Shown: positions 45,728 through 55,657 of the stretch, piece by piece
Numbering within the stretch: the first letter of the stretch is position 1
How the letters are laid out: the number at the start of each line of letters is the position of its first letter
NCBI GenBank assembly: GCA_965215195.1
Contig: CBDCDC010000002.1
Location: 1,856,001-1,920,000 of the forward strand
DNA from: Candidatus Latescibacterota bacterium
Lineage (GTDB): Bacteria > Latescibacterota > UBA2968 > UBA8231
DNA: 64,000 bases
Reading direction: 5' to 3'
The notes under the pieces: generated by a model
Database searches by the model: none
The model's input: the letters and a program-made list of their open reading frames with translations, nothing else
Told to the model about the DNA's origin: nothing
Made by a program: the position numbers and the translations under genes

Positions 45728-47383
45728 ATGCACAAACCGCTGTTGGCCGGGCTAATCGTCGGGGCCGGCATTAGCTGCGGCACCGAGCGGCCGGACGACG
45801 CCCATCTGCTGGCTGAGGTCGGGGAGGTCGAAATTACTGCGGCCGATCTGCGCGCCTTTGAGGCCAATCTCAAAGTGACCGCCACGCGCTCGCAGCACCG
45901 GGACAATTTGCAGACGCTCATTGACCGCCAAGTGTTGCTTTTGGCGGCCAACGAGCGGGGGTTGCAGCGCGACGAAGCGGTCTTAGCCGAGCTCGCCCAG
46001 CGCGAAACCAAGGCCCTCGCCGACGCCATGTTGCGGCGCAACGTCGCGGACAAGGTCGCGGTTAGTGAGGACGACATCGCAAAAGCCTACGCGCGGCCGG
46101 GGTGGGGCGAAAAGGTCGTCACCATGGAGATCTTTGTGCCCAACCGGGAACAGGCGCGTCAGGTGCAGGCGCTTTTGGCGCAGGGCGCGGACTTTGCCGA
46201 AGTAGGTCGTCAATTCGCGGCCGATCCCTATTACGGCGTACATACCGGCGAAATCCGGCGGCTGGCCTATTCGCCCTTCGACAGCCCCCGCGCCCTAGCC
46301 CAAGCGGTCTTTGCCCTGCCCGTGGGCGGCGCGACCGAGCCGCTTCCCTTGCACGGCGGCTTCGTCATCGCCAAAGTGGCCGAGCGCGGCCGCGCTGAAT
46401 TGGTCGAGGTCGAAGAAGGCATCCGCGAGGCACTCCACGACGAGCAGCAAAAGCAACTGCGCGAATCGTACCTGCGGCACCTCAAGTGGGATTTGGACAC
46501 GGTTTTTGACGCCGAGGGCATGGATATAGTGGTCGGCGTCTTACAGGGCGCGGTCCGCTATGCGGATTTGGACGCGGCCCAGCGCCAGCACCCGGTCTAT
46601 GCTTTCGAGGGCTTGCAGATGGATGTGGCCGAGGTGGTAGAGGCCGTGCGGCCAGCGGGCCAACTGTGGCCCGAAGCCACAGCCGACTCCGTCAACGAGA
46701 AGTTATCTGAGAGTCACTTCCCCACCCGCATCATGGCCCACGACGCCCGGCGCAAGGGCCTCGATAAAACCGCGGCTTTTGTGCGGTCGCAGGCTCTGGC
46801 GTTGGGCAACCTGATGCTGATAAAGCTGCGCGAGCAAATTTTGGCCGAGGCGCCCGAGCCGACCGAGGACGACCTACGGGCCTTCTACGAGGAGCACAAG
46901 CGCCGCTTCCGCAGCCCGCCCCACGCGCAATTGGAGGAAATTTTGCTCGAAACCCCGAGCGAGGCGCGCCAGATCGCGGCTCAGATTGAGGCGGGTGCCG
47001 AGTGGGCGGAGCTAGCCCGCGCCCACAGCCGGCGGCGCAACGCCGAAGACGGCCTCCTGTACGTCTCTCAATCACAGGCCCCCTTTTTGGGGGAGGCGTG
47101 GATGAACGCGGTGATGAACGCCGAGCTGCACCAGCTCCAAGGGCCGATCCAAGCGAGGGGAGGCTATTCGCTCTTCCGGGTCATTGAACGATACCCAGAG
47201 ATTTATCACGGCCTAGCGCTAGAGCGGGTGCGAAAGGCAGTGGTGCGGGACGTGCGGGAGCGCATTGAGCGGGAGTATTTCAACGCCTATCTGCGGGATT
47301 TGCGCCAAAAATACGCCGCGCAGATCGACGTGCATGAAGAGCACCTGCGGTACTTGGACGACGAGAGCAAACGAGGGGAGTGA
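45728..47383 (+). CDS. Parvulin-type peptidyl-prolyl isomerase lipoprotein (SurA/PrsA-like, two rotamase domains)
   Basis: Lipobox GISC; 'GADFAEVGRQF', 'GAEWAELARAHS', 'GPIQARGGYSLFRV'. Confidence 0.8.
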   Translation: MHKPLLAGLIVGAGISCGTERPDDAHLLAEVGEVEITAADLRAFEANLKVTATRSQHRDNLQTLIDRQVLLLAANERGLQRDEAVLAELAQRETKALADAMLRRNVADKVAVSEDDIAKAYARPGWGEKVVTMEIFVPNREQARQVQALLAQGADFAEVGRQFAADPYYGVHTGEIRRLAYSPFDSPRALAQAVFALPVGGATEPLPLHGGFVIAKVAERGRAELVEVEEGIREALHDEQQKQLRESYLRHLKWDLDTVFDAEGMDIVVGVLQGAVRYADLDAAQRQHPVYAFEGLQMDVAEVVEAVRPAGQLWPEATADSVNEKLSESHFPTRIMAHDARRKGLDKTAAFVRSQALALGNLMLIKLREQILAEAPEPTEDDLRAFYEEHKRRFRSPPHAQLEEILLETPSEARQIAAQIEAGAEWAELARAHSRRRNAEDGLLYVSQSQAPFLGEAWMNAVMNAELHQLQGPIQARGGYSLFRVIERYPEIYHGLALERVRKAVVRDVRERIEREYFNAYLRDLRQKYAAQIDVHEEHLRYLDDESKRGE

Positions 47384-47386
47384 TTT

Positions 47387-49366
47387 TTGTCGCCGGCCAA
47401 CGCCCAAGAGCGCTTCGCGGTCATGCCCGCGGACGCCCCCTTTGAACCGGGTTTTAATGCAAAGACCCTGTGGGCCGCGCTCTTCGTCGGCTTCGTGATG
47501 CTGCCGGGCGCGATTTACCTCGGGCTGGTGACCGGCATGAGCATGGCCGGGGGCGCCGAATGGGTGACCCTGATTCTGTTTATCGAAATGGCCAAGCGCA
47601 CCTTCGTGTCCCTGCGGACTCAGGAAATCATCATCCTCTACTGGGTGGCCGGCGGCTTGGTGATGATGGGCGGCAAGCTGGGCACCGGGGCCGACCTCTT
47701 CGGCGGCCCATTCGGCGTGTTGATCTGGGATCAATATCTGATCCAATCGCCCCAAGCCGACGGACTGGCCGAACACATTCCGACTTGGGTCGTGCCCCCG
47801 CGTGGCTCAGAGGCCCTCTTAGAGCGCAGCTTCCTATACAGCGCGTGGCTCAAGCCCATTGCCATCCTCCTCTGCGCCGTGGCATTGCAGCGGGTCAATG
47901 CCCTGTCGTTGGGCTACGTGCTCTTCCGCATTACCCACGACATCGAGCGCCTGCCCTTTCCCATGGCCTATGTGCAAGCCGGCGGCGCGACCGCCCTCGC
48001 CGAGACCTCGGCCAAGCAGGAGGGCTGGCGCTGGCACGTGTTCAGCACCGGGGCCTTTATCGGGGCGGTGTGGGGCGTATTCTACGTGGTGGTGCCAACC
48101 CTGTCGTCGGTCTTTTTGACCGAGACCGTGTCGATTTTGCCGATTCCCTTCATCGACTTCACCGTGCCGCTAAAGGCGGTTTTGCCAGCCGCGGTCATCG
48201 GCTTGGCCACGGATTTGATCCACGTGCTATTCGGCCTCGTGCTGCCGTTCTGGGTCGTAGTAGGGGTATTTTCCTCGTCGATCTTGGTCAACTTGGTCGC
48301 CAACCCCATCCTCTATGCCTACGGCATCCTGCACACTTGGGAGCCGGGCATGTCGTCGATCCCCACCCAGATCGCCAATACCTTTGACTTCTGGCTCAGC
48401 TTTTCGCTGGGCGGGGCCATCGTGGTTGCGGCCATGGGCTTTTATACGGCGGGCAAGGTCTTGCTCGCCGTCGGCAAAGCGCGTGCGCCGACCCGGGAGG
48501 TCCACCCCGAGCGCGGCGACATCCGCATTGCCGTGGCCTTGGGAATCTGGGCGGTGAGTACGCTGGGCTTTGTGCTGATGGTGTACTATTTGGTGCCCGA
48601 TTTTCCCTGGTGGATCACCGCGCTCTTCGGCTTTGTGTGGACGCCGATCTACTCGTACATCGGCACGCGGATGATCGGCCTGACCGGGTCGCCGCAGGGA
48701 GTGACCTTTCCCTACCTGCGCGAGGCCAGCTTCTATTTGTCCGGCTATCAAGGGGCCGGGATCTGGTTCGCGCCGGTGCCGATCTTCCAGTGGGGCTACG
48801 AGGCGCAGGTGTTCAAGCAGCTAGAGCTGACGCGCACTCGCTTTGGCAGCATCGTCAAGATGACGGCCCTGACCTTGGCCGTCATGTTCGCGTGTAGCTT
48901 CCTGTTCTGGTCGCTGATATGGAAATTAGGACCAATACCCTCCTCGGCGTACCCTTTCGTGCAAAAGATGTGGCCCTTTCACGCCACCATGCAGGCGTTC
49001 TGGGCCAAATCAACCCTGCCCGGCGCGGGCCAGAGCTTGGTGACGCAAATCATTCGCTGGGATTACATCGGGGTTGGGCTGGCCTTTAGCGGCGCATTGT
49101 ACGCGCTGCTGAGCGCACTCAGTGCGCCGTTGGGGATCTTCTATGGTTTTGTCGCTGGCTTGGGTGGCTGGCCGCACTTTGCCATCCTCAACTTCGTCGG
49201 CGCTCTGCTGGGCCGCTTCTACTTGCAAAAGCGCTTTGGCCCGGAGCGCTGGTACGCGTACGCGCCCATCGTGCTGGCCGGGTACTCGTGCGGCGTGGGC
49301 CTGATTGGCATGACGTCCATTGCCATTGCGCTGATTTCCAAGGCCGTGTCCCAAGTCGTGTTCTGA
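47387..49366 (+). CDS. OPT-like polytopic membrane transporter (putative peptide transporter)
   Basis: Many TM helices; 'AEWVTLILF.E', 'DIERLPFPMA', 'GIWFAP', 'IPSSAYP'. Confidence 0.7.
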   Translation: MSPANAQERFAVMPADAPFEPGFNAKTLWAALFVGFVMLPGAIYLGLVTGMSMAGGAEWVTLILFIEMAKRTFVSLRTQEIIILYWVAGGLVMMGGKLGTGADLFGGPFGVLIWDQYLIQSPQADGLAEHIPTWVVPPRGSEALLERSFLYSAWLKPIAILLCAVALQRVNALSLGYVLFRITHDIERLPFPMAYVQAGGATALAETSAKQEGWRWHVFSTGAFIGAVWGVFYVVVPTLSSVFLTETVSILPIPFIDFTVPLKAVLPAAVIGLATDLIHVLFGLVLPFWVVVGVFSSSILVNLVANPILYAYGILHTWEPGMSSIPTQIANTFDFWLSFSLGGAIVVAAMGFYTAGKVLLAVGKARAPTREVHPERGDIRIAVALGIWAVSTLGFVLMVYYLVPDFPWWITALFGFVWTPIYSYIGTRMIGLTGSPQGVTFPYLREASFYLSGYQGAGIWFAPVPIFQWGYEAQVFKQLELTRTRFGSIVKMTALTLAVMFACSFLFWSLIWKLGPIPSSAYPFVQKMWPFHATMQAFWAKSTLPGAGQSLVTQIIRWDYIGVGLAFSGALYALLSALSAPLGIFYGFVAGLGGWPHFAILNFVGALLGRFYLQKRFGPERWYAYAPIVLAGYSCGVGLIGMTSIAIALISKAVSQVVF

Positions 49367-49377
49367 GGGGTCGCACG

Positions 49378-50208
49378 GTGAGGCGCACACTGGTGTGCAT
49401 GGCCCTGTGGGCACTTGGTTGCGGCCAAAAGGACCCGGGGCAAGTGAGCGGGGGCCGCGTGGTTGCGCCCGCCCCGTCCGGCGAGGTTCCTGCTGCCGAA
49501 AATTCTACTCCAGCCGCCGAGGTCAACAAAGCCGATCACGCCATGGTCCTCGTGCCCGAGGGTCTCTTTGTGATGGGTTGGGACGCGGGCGACCCGGATG
49601 AGCAGCCGCCGCACCAAGTTTTTCTCTCCGCGTACTACATCGACCAGTTCGAGGTCACCCTAGGGCTGTACCGGCGCTGCGTGGAGGCCGACGCCTGCGA
49701 AGCACCGGCCTACGCCCCTAGCTGCAACTACGATGGCTTTGCCGACGACACCCATCCCATCAACTGCGTGAACCGCCAAAACGCGCTCGACTATTGCGCG
49801 TGGGCTGGCCTGCGGCTGCCGACCGAAGCCGAATGGGAGAAGGCCGCACGCGGCACTGACGGGCGCACGTACCCTTGGGGGTACGAGTTAGCCGGCGACG
49901 AGGCCAACTTTCGCTTCATCGCCGGCGCGACCGAGCCGGTGGGCAGCCGGCCGGCCGGCGCGTCGCCTTATGGGGCACACGACATGGCGGGCAACGTGTG
50001 GGAGTGGGTGGCCGATTGGTACGGGGACGCGTACTATGCAGAGAGTCCGCGGGACAATCCGCAAGGGCCGTTGCGCGGGGAGTTCGGGGTGCTGCGGGGT
50101 GGGTCGTGGTGGTTTGAAAAGGAGTCCCTGCCGGCGGCGAATCGGGAAGCCTATCATCCGCAGTTGACCGATATAGATATTGGGTTCCGCTGTGCGCGGG
50201 ATTTTTGA
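49378..50208 (+). CDS. Formylglycine-generating enzyme (SUMF1/FGE-sulfatase) domain lipoprotein
   Basis: Lipobox ALGC; 'RLPTEAEWEKAARG', 'DMAGNVWEW', 'RGGSW', 'GFRCA'. Confidence 0.9.
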   Translation: MRRTLVCMALWALGCGQKDPGQVSGGRVVAPAPSGEVPAAENSTPAAEVNKADHAMVLVPEGLFVMGWDAGDPDEQPPHQVFLSAYYIDQFEVTLGLYRRCVEADACEAPAYAPSCNYDGFADDTHPINCVNRQNALDYCAWAGLRLPTEAEWEKAARGTDGRTYPWGYELAGDEANFRFIAGATEPVGSRPAGASPYGAHDMAGNVWEWVADWYGDAYYAESPRDNPQGPLRGEFGVLRGGSWWFEKESLPAANREAYHPQLTDIDIGFRCARDF

Positions 50209-51043
50209 GCCGTGTGTTAGAAATCTGGGAGCAGCCGCACGATGGCCCCCAAGGGTTTTCAGGCCGCTTCTTAGGTTGACCTTGCCATTGTTCGTGGCGC
50301 TGGCGGGCTGTGGCAAAAGCCCGGTAGCACCGGTCGTCTTGGAAGAGGGCGTTGTCATTGCGTCGCCGGCCGATATCGCGGCCCTTGGGGAAAGAGGGGG
50401 CCCTGCGTACATCATCGACGGCGACTTGCAGATCGTTGGGAGCAGCTTAGTCGCGCTGACCGGCTTGGAAGGGCTGAGGCGCGTCGAGGGCAGCGTCGAG
50501 ATTTGGTTTAACGACCGCTTGGAAAGCCTAGCGGGGCTGGAAGGGCTTGAAAGCGTCGGAGCGGGGCTAGGTCCGGCCGCCGCACCACCGCCCTTGCCCG
50601 CGCCGGCGGCCGGCAAAGTCGCTCACGTGGTGGAAGGGCTGTTGATCTTTGAAAACAAGGCCCTGCGCTCGCTCAAAGGGCTGGAAAACTTGGCCTCTGT
50701 TAGTGGGGGCTTGGCGCTCGTCCGCAATGAATCGCTTGCGTCCCTGACGGACATGCCGCGGCTCGTGGAGATCGAAGGCAGCGTGGACATCTGGTTCAAC
50801 GACGCGCTGCAAAGCCTAGAGGGCCTGCACTACTTGGCGAGAGTGCGGGATTTTTTGGAAGTCAGCGGCAACGATGCGCTGCAAAGCCTCAACGGGTTGC
50901 GCGGCATCGTCCACGTGGGGGCGGATTTGATCGTCAGCAACAACGCGCTGCTGCCCCAATCCGAGGTGTGGGTCTTTGCCGAGCGAATGATCGCCGAGGG
51001 ATTTGCCGGGGCGGTGATCGTCGGGGGCAATCGAGCTGATTAG
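50180..51043 (+). CDS. Receptor L-domain / leucine-rich repeat lipoprotein (start uncertain, probably downstream)
   Basis: Lipobox LAGC; repeats 'L.I..N..L.SL.GL..L..V.G'. Confidence 0.75.
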   Translation: MGSAVRGIFEPCVRNLGAAARWPPRVFRPLLRLTLPLFVALAGCGKSPVAPVVLEEGVVIASPADIAALGERGGPAYIIDGDLQIVGSSLVALTGLEGLRRVEGSVEIWFNDRLESLAGLEGLESVGAGLGPAAAPPPLPAPAAGKVAHVVEGLLIFENKALRSLKGLENLASVSGGLALVRNESLASLTDMPRLVEIEGSVDIWFNDALQSLEGLHYLARVRDFLEVSGNDALQSLNGLRGIVHVGADLIVSNNALLPQSEVWVFAERMIAEGFAGAVIVGGNRAD

Positions 51044-51045
51044 TG

Positions 51046-51220
51046 GTCAGTCCCCCACGGCCGCGCCGAGGGAGCGGGATACCCATTGGAGCTTTCGTGG
51101 GAATGACGGAGGGCTGCTCCGGCTTGACACGACCCAAGCGCATTTCGCGCTCGCCGCAGGCCCAGCGCTTCCTCATTTGCGAATGAGGCGGATGAGTTGC
51201 GGAAATTCGCAATTCCATCC
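51046..51220. repeat. Cluster of palindromes between convergent genes
   Basis: GTCAGTCCCCCACG...CGTGGGAATGAC (51046-51107); CCTCATT-TGCG-AATGAGG (51171-51188); GGATGAGTTGCG...CGCAATTCCATCC (51190-51220). Confidence 0.55.
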
Positions 51221-52438
51221 TCACCTGCGCACTAGGCGGATGCGGTGGTTGCGGGTATCGGCGATGTAGAGGTTGTCGTCCGGGTCGAGTTCGATGCCGT
51301 AGGGGCGGTTGAGCAGGGCGGCCTGCGGATGGCCGCCGTCGCCCGTATCGCCGGATTGGCCGCACTGGCCGGCCACCGTGTATATGGTGCCGTCGAGATC
51401 AATGCGGCGCACGCAGTGATTGAAGGTGTCGGCCAAAAACACGCGGCCCGCCGAGTCAATGGCCACGTCGCAGGGCCAGTACAGCGAAACCGCGAGCGCG
51501 TCGGCCCCGTCTTCCCCGTCCCCGGGCTCGGGTGGGGAGGTGTAGCTAGCCATGGTGACGGTGTCCCGCGCTGAGTTGCCGGCGATGGTGGTGATGATGC
51601 CGGTGGCTGCGTCCACCTTGCGGATGCGGTTGTTGAAGGTATCGGCGAGGTAGAGGTTGCCCAAATCGTCCGTGGCAATGCGGCTCGTGGGCGGTGCCGC
51701 TTGGCTTACGGGGGCCCAGATCCGGGCGTCGATAGCCGGGCCGCCGTCGCCGGAAAAACCCGGCTCGCCCGTGCCGACAACCGTGCGTATGGTGCCGTCG
51801 AGGTCAACCATGCGGATGCGCTGGTTTTCTTGATCGGAGATGTACATGCGTCCGAGCGGGTCAAAGGCCGTCGCGCTCGGCAGATTGATCGTCGCTTGGA
51901 CAGCGGGACCACCGTCGCCGCTGTAGGTGCGCTCGCCCGTGCCGCAGATCGGCTCGACGTAGTCGGTGGCAAAGTCGTAGCGCAGGATCAGGGAATTGTG
52001 CCAAGCCGAGAGTATGAGGCGTCCGAGTGGGTCAAAGGAGATGTGGGTCGGATGGTTGAGGCCGATCTGGCGCGCCCGGCCGGCCGGGGCGTCGCCGAGT
52101 TCGCCGGTGCCGATTAGGGTGCGGATGCTGTCTTGGGCGACGCGCCCTCGGTCGCTCCGGTATCGTGGGTGCTGTCGCGTCTGGGTGCGGACGCTGGCCT
52201 TGGTGGCGACGCGGACGCGGTGATTGTTCCAGTCGAGGATGTAGAGCCGGCCGTCGGGGCCGTAAGTCAGGTCTTGTGGCAGGTAGAAGTGCGCTTGCAG
52301 CAGCGTTGCTTCTTCCGGGCCTTTGCCGGCGTCGCCGCTGCCGGCAAAGGTTTCGATGCGTCCGTAGAGACCGCGAGGACCAGTGGGTGCTTCCCCACAG
52401 GCGAACAAGGCGATGAGCAAAAGGGCTAGATAGATCAT
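51221..52438 (-). CDS. NHL-repeat (teneurin-like) lipoprotein
   Basis: Lipobox LFAC; repeated 'LYIADT.NHRIR', 'GFSGDGGPA'. Confidence 0.88.
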   Translation of the reverse strand: MIYLALLLIALFACGEAPTGPRGLYGRIETFAGSGDAGKGPEEATLLQAHFYLPQDLTYGPDGRLYILDWNNHRVRVATKASVRTQTRQHPRYRSDRGRVAQDSIRTLIGTGELGDAPAGRARQIGLNHPTHISFDPLGRLILSAWHNSLILRYDFATDYVEPICGTGERTYSGDGGPAVQATINLPSATAFDPLGRMYISDQENQRIRMVDLDGTIRTVVGTGEPGFSGDGGPAIDARIWAPVSQAAPPTSRIATDDLGNLYLADTFNNRIRKVDAATGIITTIAGNSARDTVTMASYTSPPEPGDGEDGADALAVSLYWPCDVAIDSAGRVFLADTFNHCVRRIDLDGTIYTVAGQCGQSGDTGDGGHPQAALLNRPYGIELDPDDNLYIADTRNHRIRLVRR

Positions 52439-53607
52439 GGCAAGACGACGCGGCGGATGCGGTGGTTGTACGTGTCGGCGATATAGAGCCGCCCCTGCGG
52501 GTCAAAGTCAAGTCCGGCCGGTCGGTTGAGGGCTGCGCTGAGGGCCGGTCCGCCATCGCCGGAAAACCCCTCTGCGCCGCTGCCGACAACCGTCTCAAGG
52601 ATGCCGCTTGCTAGGTTGAGGGCGCGGATGCGGTGGTTAAATTCGTCGGCAATGTAGAGCCGGCCATCGGGACCAAAGGCCAAGTCGCGCGGGTTGTTAA
52701 AGGCTGCGCTGAGGGCAGGGCCACCATCGCCGGAGAAATCGGCCGCGCCCGTGCCAGCCACCGTTTCGATCCGGTCGCGGTCAAAGTCAACGCGGCGAAT
52801 GCGCTGGTTGAGGGCGTCGGCAATGTAGAGCCGGCCCTGCGGACCAAAGACCAGGCTCCCAGCCGGCGGCGGATTGGCTCCGGCCGGCAGGTGCAATTGG
52901 GCGTCGCGCGGGCTGCCGCCATCGCCGGCAAACCCGGCCACGCCGGTGCCTACGACGGTGGTGATAATGCCGTCGGGGTCTATTTTGCGCACCCGTTGGT
53001 TGCGCTGGTCGAGGATGTACAGCCCGCCATCGGGGCCTAACACCGTCTGCGGCGGCTGGCTCAGGAGCGCGTCGCGGGCCGGTCCACCGTCGCCGGCAAA
53101 CCCCGGACCCGCGCCGCATATCACTTGGACGAGCCCGGTCTGCGGGTCGTAGAGACGCAGCTTGTGATTGTGCCAAGCCGTCAGCAGCAGGGTGCCATTG
53201 GCCAGCGGCAGGAGGTGGGTCGGGTGGTTGAGGTGGACCTCGGTGCCGGATGCGCCGGGAGGCATTCGGTCAGATTCGTCGTAGGGGCCATCGCCGACGA
53301 AATCCGTGCCAATCGCGGTGACGAGGGTGCCTTCCGGGGTCACGCGGCGCACGCGGTGGTTGTTCCAGTCGAGGAGATAGGTCTGTCCCGAAGGGGTGAA
53401 GGTGAGATCAACGGGCCAGTACAGGGTTGAGGCCAGCAGCGGCTGACCCTCGCCATTAAAGCCAGCTTCGCCCGTGCCGGCATAGGTGCAGATAGTGCCG
53501 GGCGCGTCCGTGCAGAGGGCTTGCGGGCGGCTGTCTGGGCCGGTGCTTTTGGAGCAAGCCGTCAGCAGCAGTGCGAGGATGAGGGGCATGACGCGGTTTG
53601 TGGACAT
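52435..53607 (-). CDS. NHL-repeat (teneurin-like) lipoprotein, paralog of the downstream gene
   Basis: Lipobox LTAC; repeated 'GDGGPA..A.L..P', 'LYIAD..NHRIR'. Confidence 0.88.
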   Translation of the reverse strand: MSTNRVMPLILALLLTACSKSTGPDSRPQALCTDAPGTICTYAGTGEAGFNGEGQPLLASTLYWPVDLTFTPSGQTYLLDWNNHRVRRVTPEGTLVTAIGTDFVGDGPYDESDRMPPGASGTEVHLNHPTHLLPLANGTLLLTAWHNHKLRLYDPQTGLVQVICGAGPGFAGDGGPARDALLSQPPQTVLGPDGGLYILDQRNQRVRKIDPDGIITTVVGTGVAGFAGDGGSPRDAQLHLPAGANPPPAGSLVFGPQGRLYIADALNQRIRRVDFDRDRIETVAGTGAADFSGDGGPALSAAFNNPRDLAFGPDGRLYIADEFNHRIRALNLASGILETVVGSGAEGFSGDGGPALSAALNRPAGLDFDPQGRLYIADTYNHRIRRVVLP

Positions 53608-53697
53608 AGACGGCTGGAGTCGGGTGTCGCGTAGTAAGCAGTAAATATACAAAAAAATGAACGCTGTAAATTGTCGATTTTTCAGGGGCGGTATAAC

Positions 53698-55602
53698 GTG
53701 ACTTTTCGCTCGGCCGTGCTGGGGATTGTGGTCGTGATGGCCATTGTCACGGGGGCACCCTATTCGATTTGGATGGTGCGCTCTTCCGAGATTACGTGGT
53801 CGTATTTTCCAACTAGCGCGGGTTTTTGCTTTGTGGTACTTCTGCTGGCCAATGCGCTGGTGCGGTGGGTGCTGCCCACGTGGGTGCTGCGGCCGGCCGA
53901 GTTGGCTACCATTGTGATCATGGGCTTGGCCGCGACCGGGATTCCCACCTTTATCGTCGGGACTTTGCTGGCGATCATTTCATCGCCTTACTACGGAGCC
54001 ACCGCGGAAAACGACTGGGCGGGCAACATCCATCCCTACCTGCCCGATTGGGTCGTGCCCCGCGCCGATGGCGACGCCATGCGCTGGTTCTACGAGGGGC
54101 TGCCCAAGGGGCAAGCCCTGCCGTTTGAGGTCTGGATCGGGCCGCTGTTTTGGCTGTTGAGCCTGATCCTGAGCGCGTACTTCGCCTGCTTCTGCTTGGT
54201 GGTGATCTTCCGCCGCCAATGGGTTGAGCACGAGCGGTTGGTCTTTCCACTGATGGAGATGCCGCGGCTGCTGATTGACGACGACGGGCGGGCGATTGTG
54301 CGCTCTAAGGGGTTTTGGATCGGCGCGGCCATTCCACTGGGGATGATCCTCTTCAATATCATTGGCTCGTTCTACATCGGCTTTCCCAAAATCAACTTCA
54401 ACCACGCCGTCAATCTGCAACTGAGCCGGGAGTTTCCCACCATCAGCCTGATGCTCTACTTCCCGGTGATCGGCTTTATGTATTTAGTCAGCACCAGCGT
54501 CTCGTTCAGCATCGTGTTCTTTTACTTGGTGGCCGTCTTGCAGGAGGGCATTACCAACCGCATCGGCTACGACGTGACGCGGCCCGACGCCTTCGTCTGG
54601 GGGATGCAGTCGCTTTCTTGGCAGGCTTGGGGTGGATTTACGGCCATGGTGCTGTTGAGCTTGTGGATGGCGCGGCAGCACTTGGCGGCGGTCGTGCGCC
54701 AAGCCTTGGGGGGACGGCGGACCCTAGACGACCGCGCGGAAATGGTTTCCTATCGCACGGCGGTTTGCGGATTCATGGCCGCGTTGGTCTATATCCTCGG
54801 CTGGCTGTGGCGGTCCGGGATGGATCTGCACATTGCCGCGCTCTTTGTCTTTGGCGTGTTGGTCGCGTACTACGGCATCACCCGGCTGGTGGTGCAGGCC
54901 GGGGTCTATTTTTTGACGCCGCCAGTGGGTGCGCAGGCTTTTGCTTTGGCGATAACTGGCACGAGTATCGGCGGGCACAATCTGGTGGCACTGGGGGTTT
55001 CCTATACTTGGTTCGGCGACGTGCAATCGCTCTTTATGCCGGCGGCAGCACACGGTGCCCGGCTCGGCGAGCTGTACCGGATTCGCCGCTCCATGGCCCT
55101 CGCGTTGGGCCTGGCCGCGGTCGTGGGCTTCACTACCTGCCTCTATTTCGTGCTCTCGCTGTGCTACAAATACGGCGCGGGCAATTTCGGCTCCTGGTAC
55201 TTTATCGCCGGCGGTGGTGCCGGCGGCATGGCGTACAACGGGGTGATTCGCCACTTCAACGATCCTTGGCCGACGGATTGGAACAAGCTGTCCTACTTTG
55301 GGATCGGGCTGGTGGCGTACTCAATTTTGGCCTTCCTGCAGTATCGCTTTCACTGGTGGCCCCTGCACCCGGTGGGCATTGCAGTAGCCCCGCTGTGGAT
55401 GACGCGGCTCATTGCGTTTTCGATCTTGCTGGCGTGGGTGGCCAAGAGCGCGATTATGCGCTATGGGGGGATTGCGGCGTACCGCGAGGCGCGGCCGTTT
55501 TTCATGGGGTTGATCGCCGGGTATTTCTTGGGGATTGGGTTGTCGTATTTGGTGGATATTTTCTGGTTTATGGGCGAGGGGCATGCGTATTTTCACGGGT
55601 GA
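53698..55602 (+). CDS. DUF6785/DUF6784-like polytopic membrane protein (OPT-related)
   Basis: 'FRRQWVEHERLVFPL', 'WWPLHPVG', 'K..IMRYGG..Y....PFFMGLIAG'; many TM helices. Confidence 0.7.
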   Translation: MTFRSAVLGIVVVMAIVTGAPYSIWMVRSSEITWSYFPTSAGFCFVVLLLANALVRWVLPTWVLRPAELATIVIMGLAATGIPTFIVGTLLAIISSPYYGATAENDWAGNIHPYLPDWVVPRADGDAMRWFYEGLPKGQALPFEVWIGPLFWLLSLILSAYFACFCLVVIFRRQWVEHERLVFPLMEMPRLLIDDDGRAIVRSKGFWIGAAIPLGMILFNIIGSFYIGFPKINFNHAVNLQLSREFPTISLMLYFPVIGFMYLVSTSVSFSIVFFYLVAVLQEGITNRIGYDVTRPDAFVWGMQSLSWQAWGGFTAMVLLSLWMARQHLAAVVRQALGGRRTLDDRAEMVSYRTAVCGFMAALVYILGWLWRSGMDLHIAALFVFGVLVAYYGITRLVVQAGVYFLTPPVGAQAFALAITGTSIGGHNLVALGVSYTWFGDVQSLFMPAAAHGARLGELYRIRRSMALALGLAAVVGFTTCLYFVLSLCYKYGAGNFGSWYFIAGGGAGGMAYNGVIRHFNDPWPTDWNKLSYFGIGLVAYSILAFLQYRFHWWPLHPVGIAVAPLWMTRLIAFSILLAWVAKSAIMRYGGIAAYREARPFFMGLIAGYFLGIGLSYLVDIFWFMGEGHAYFHG

Positions 55603-55657
55603 GTGGCGGGAGCGGCTTCGCCCGCCTCGCCGAGTTTGCTCGCGGCCTTCCTCATCG

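Noticed and set aside
49378-50208. SUMF1/C-type-lectin-fold gene as a diversity-generating retroelement target
   Set aside because: No template repeat or reverse transcriptase in the window
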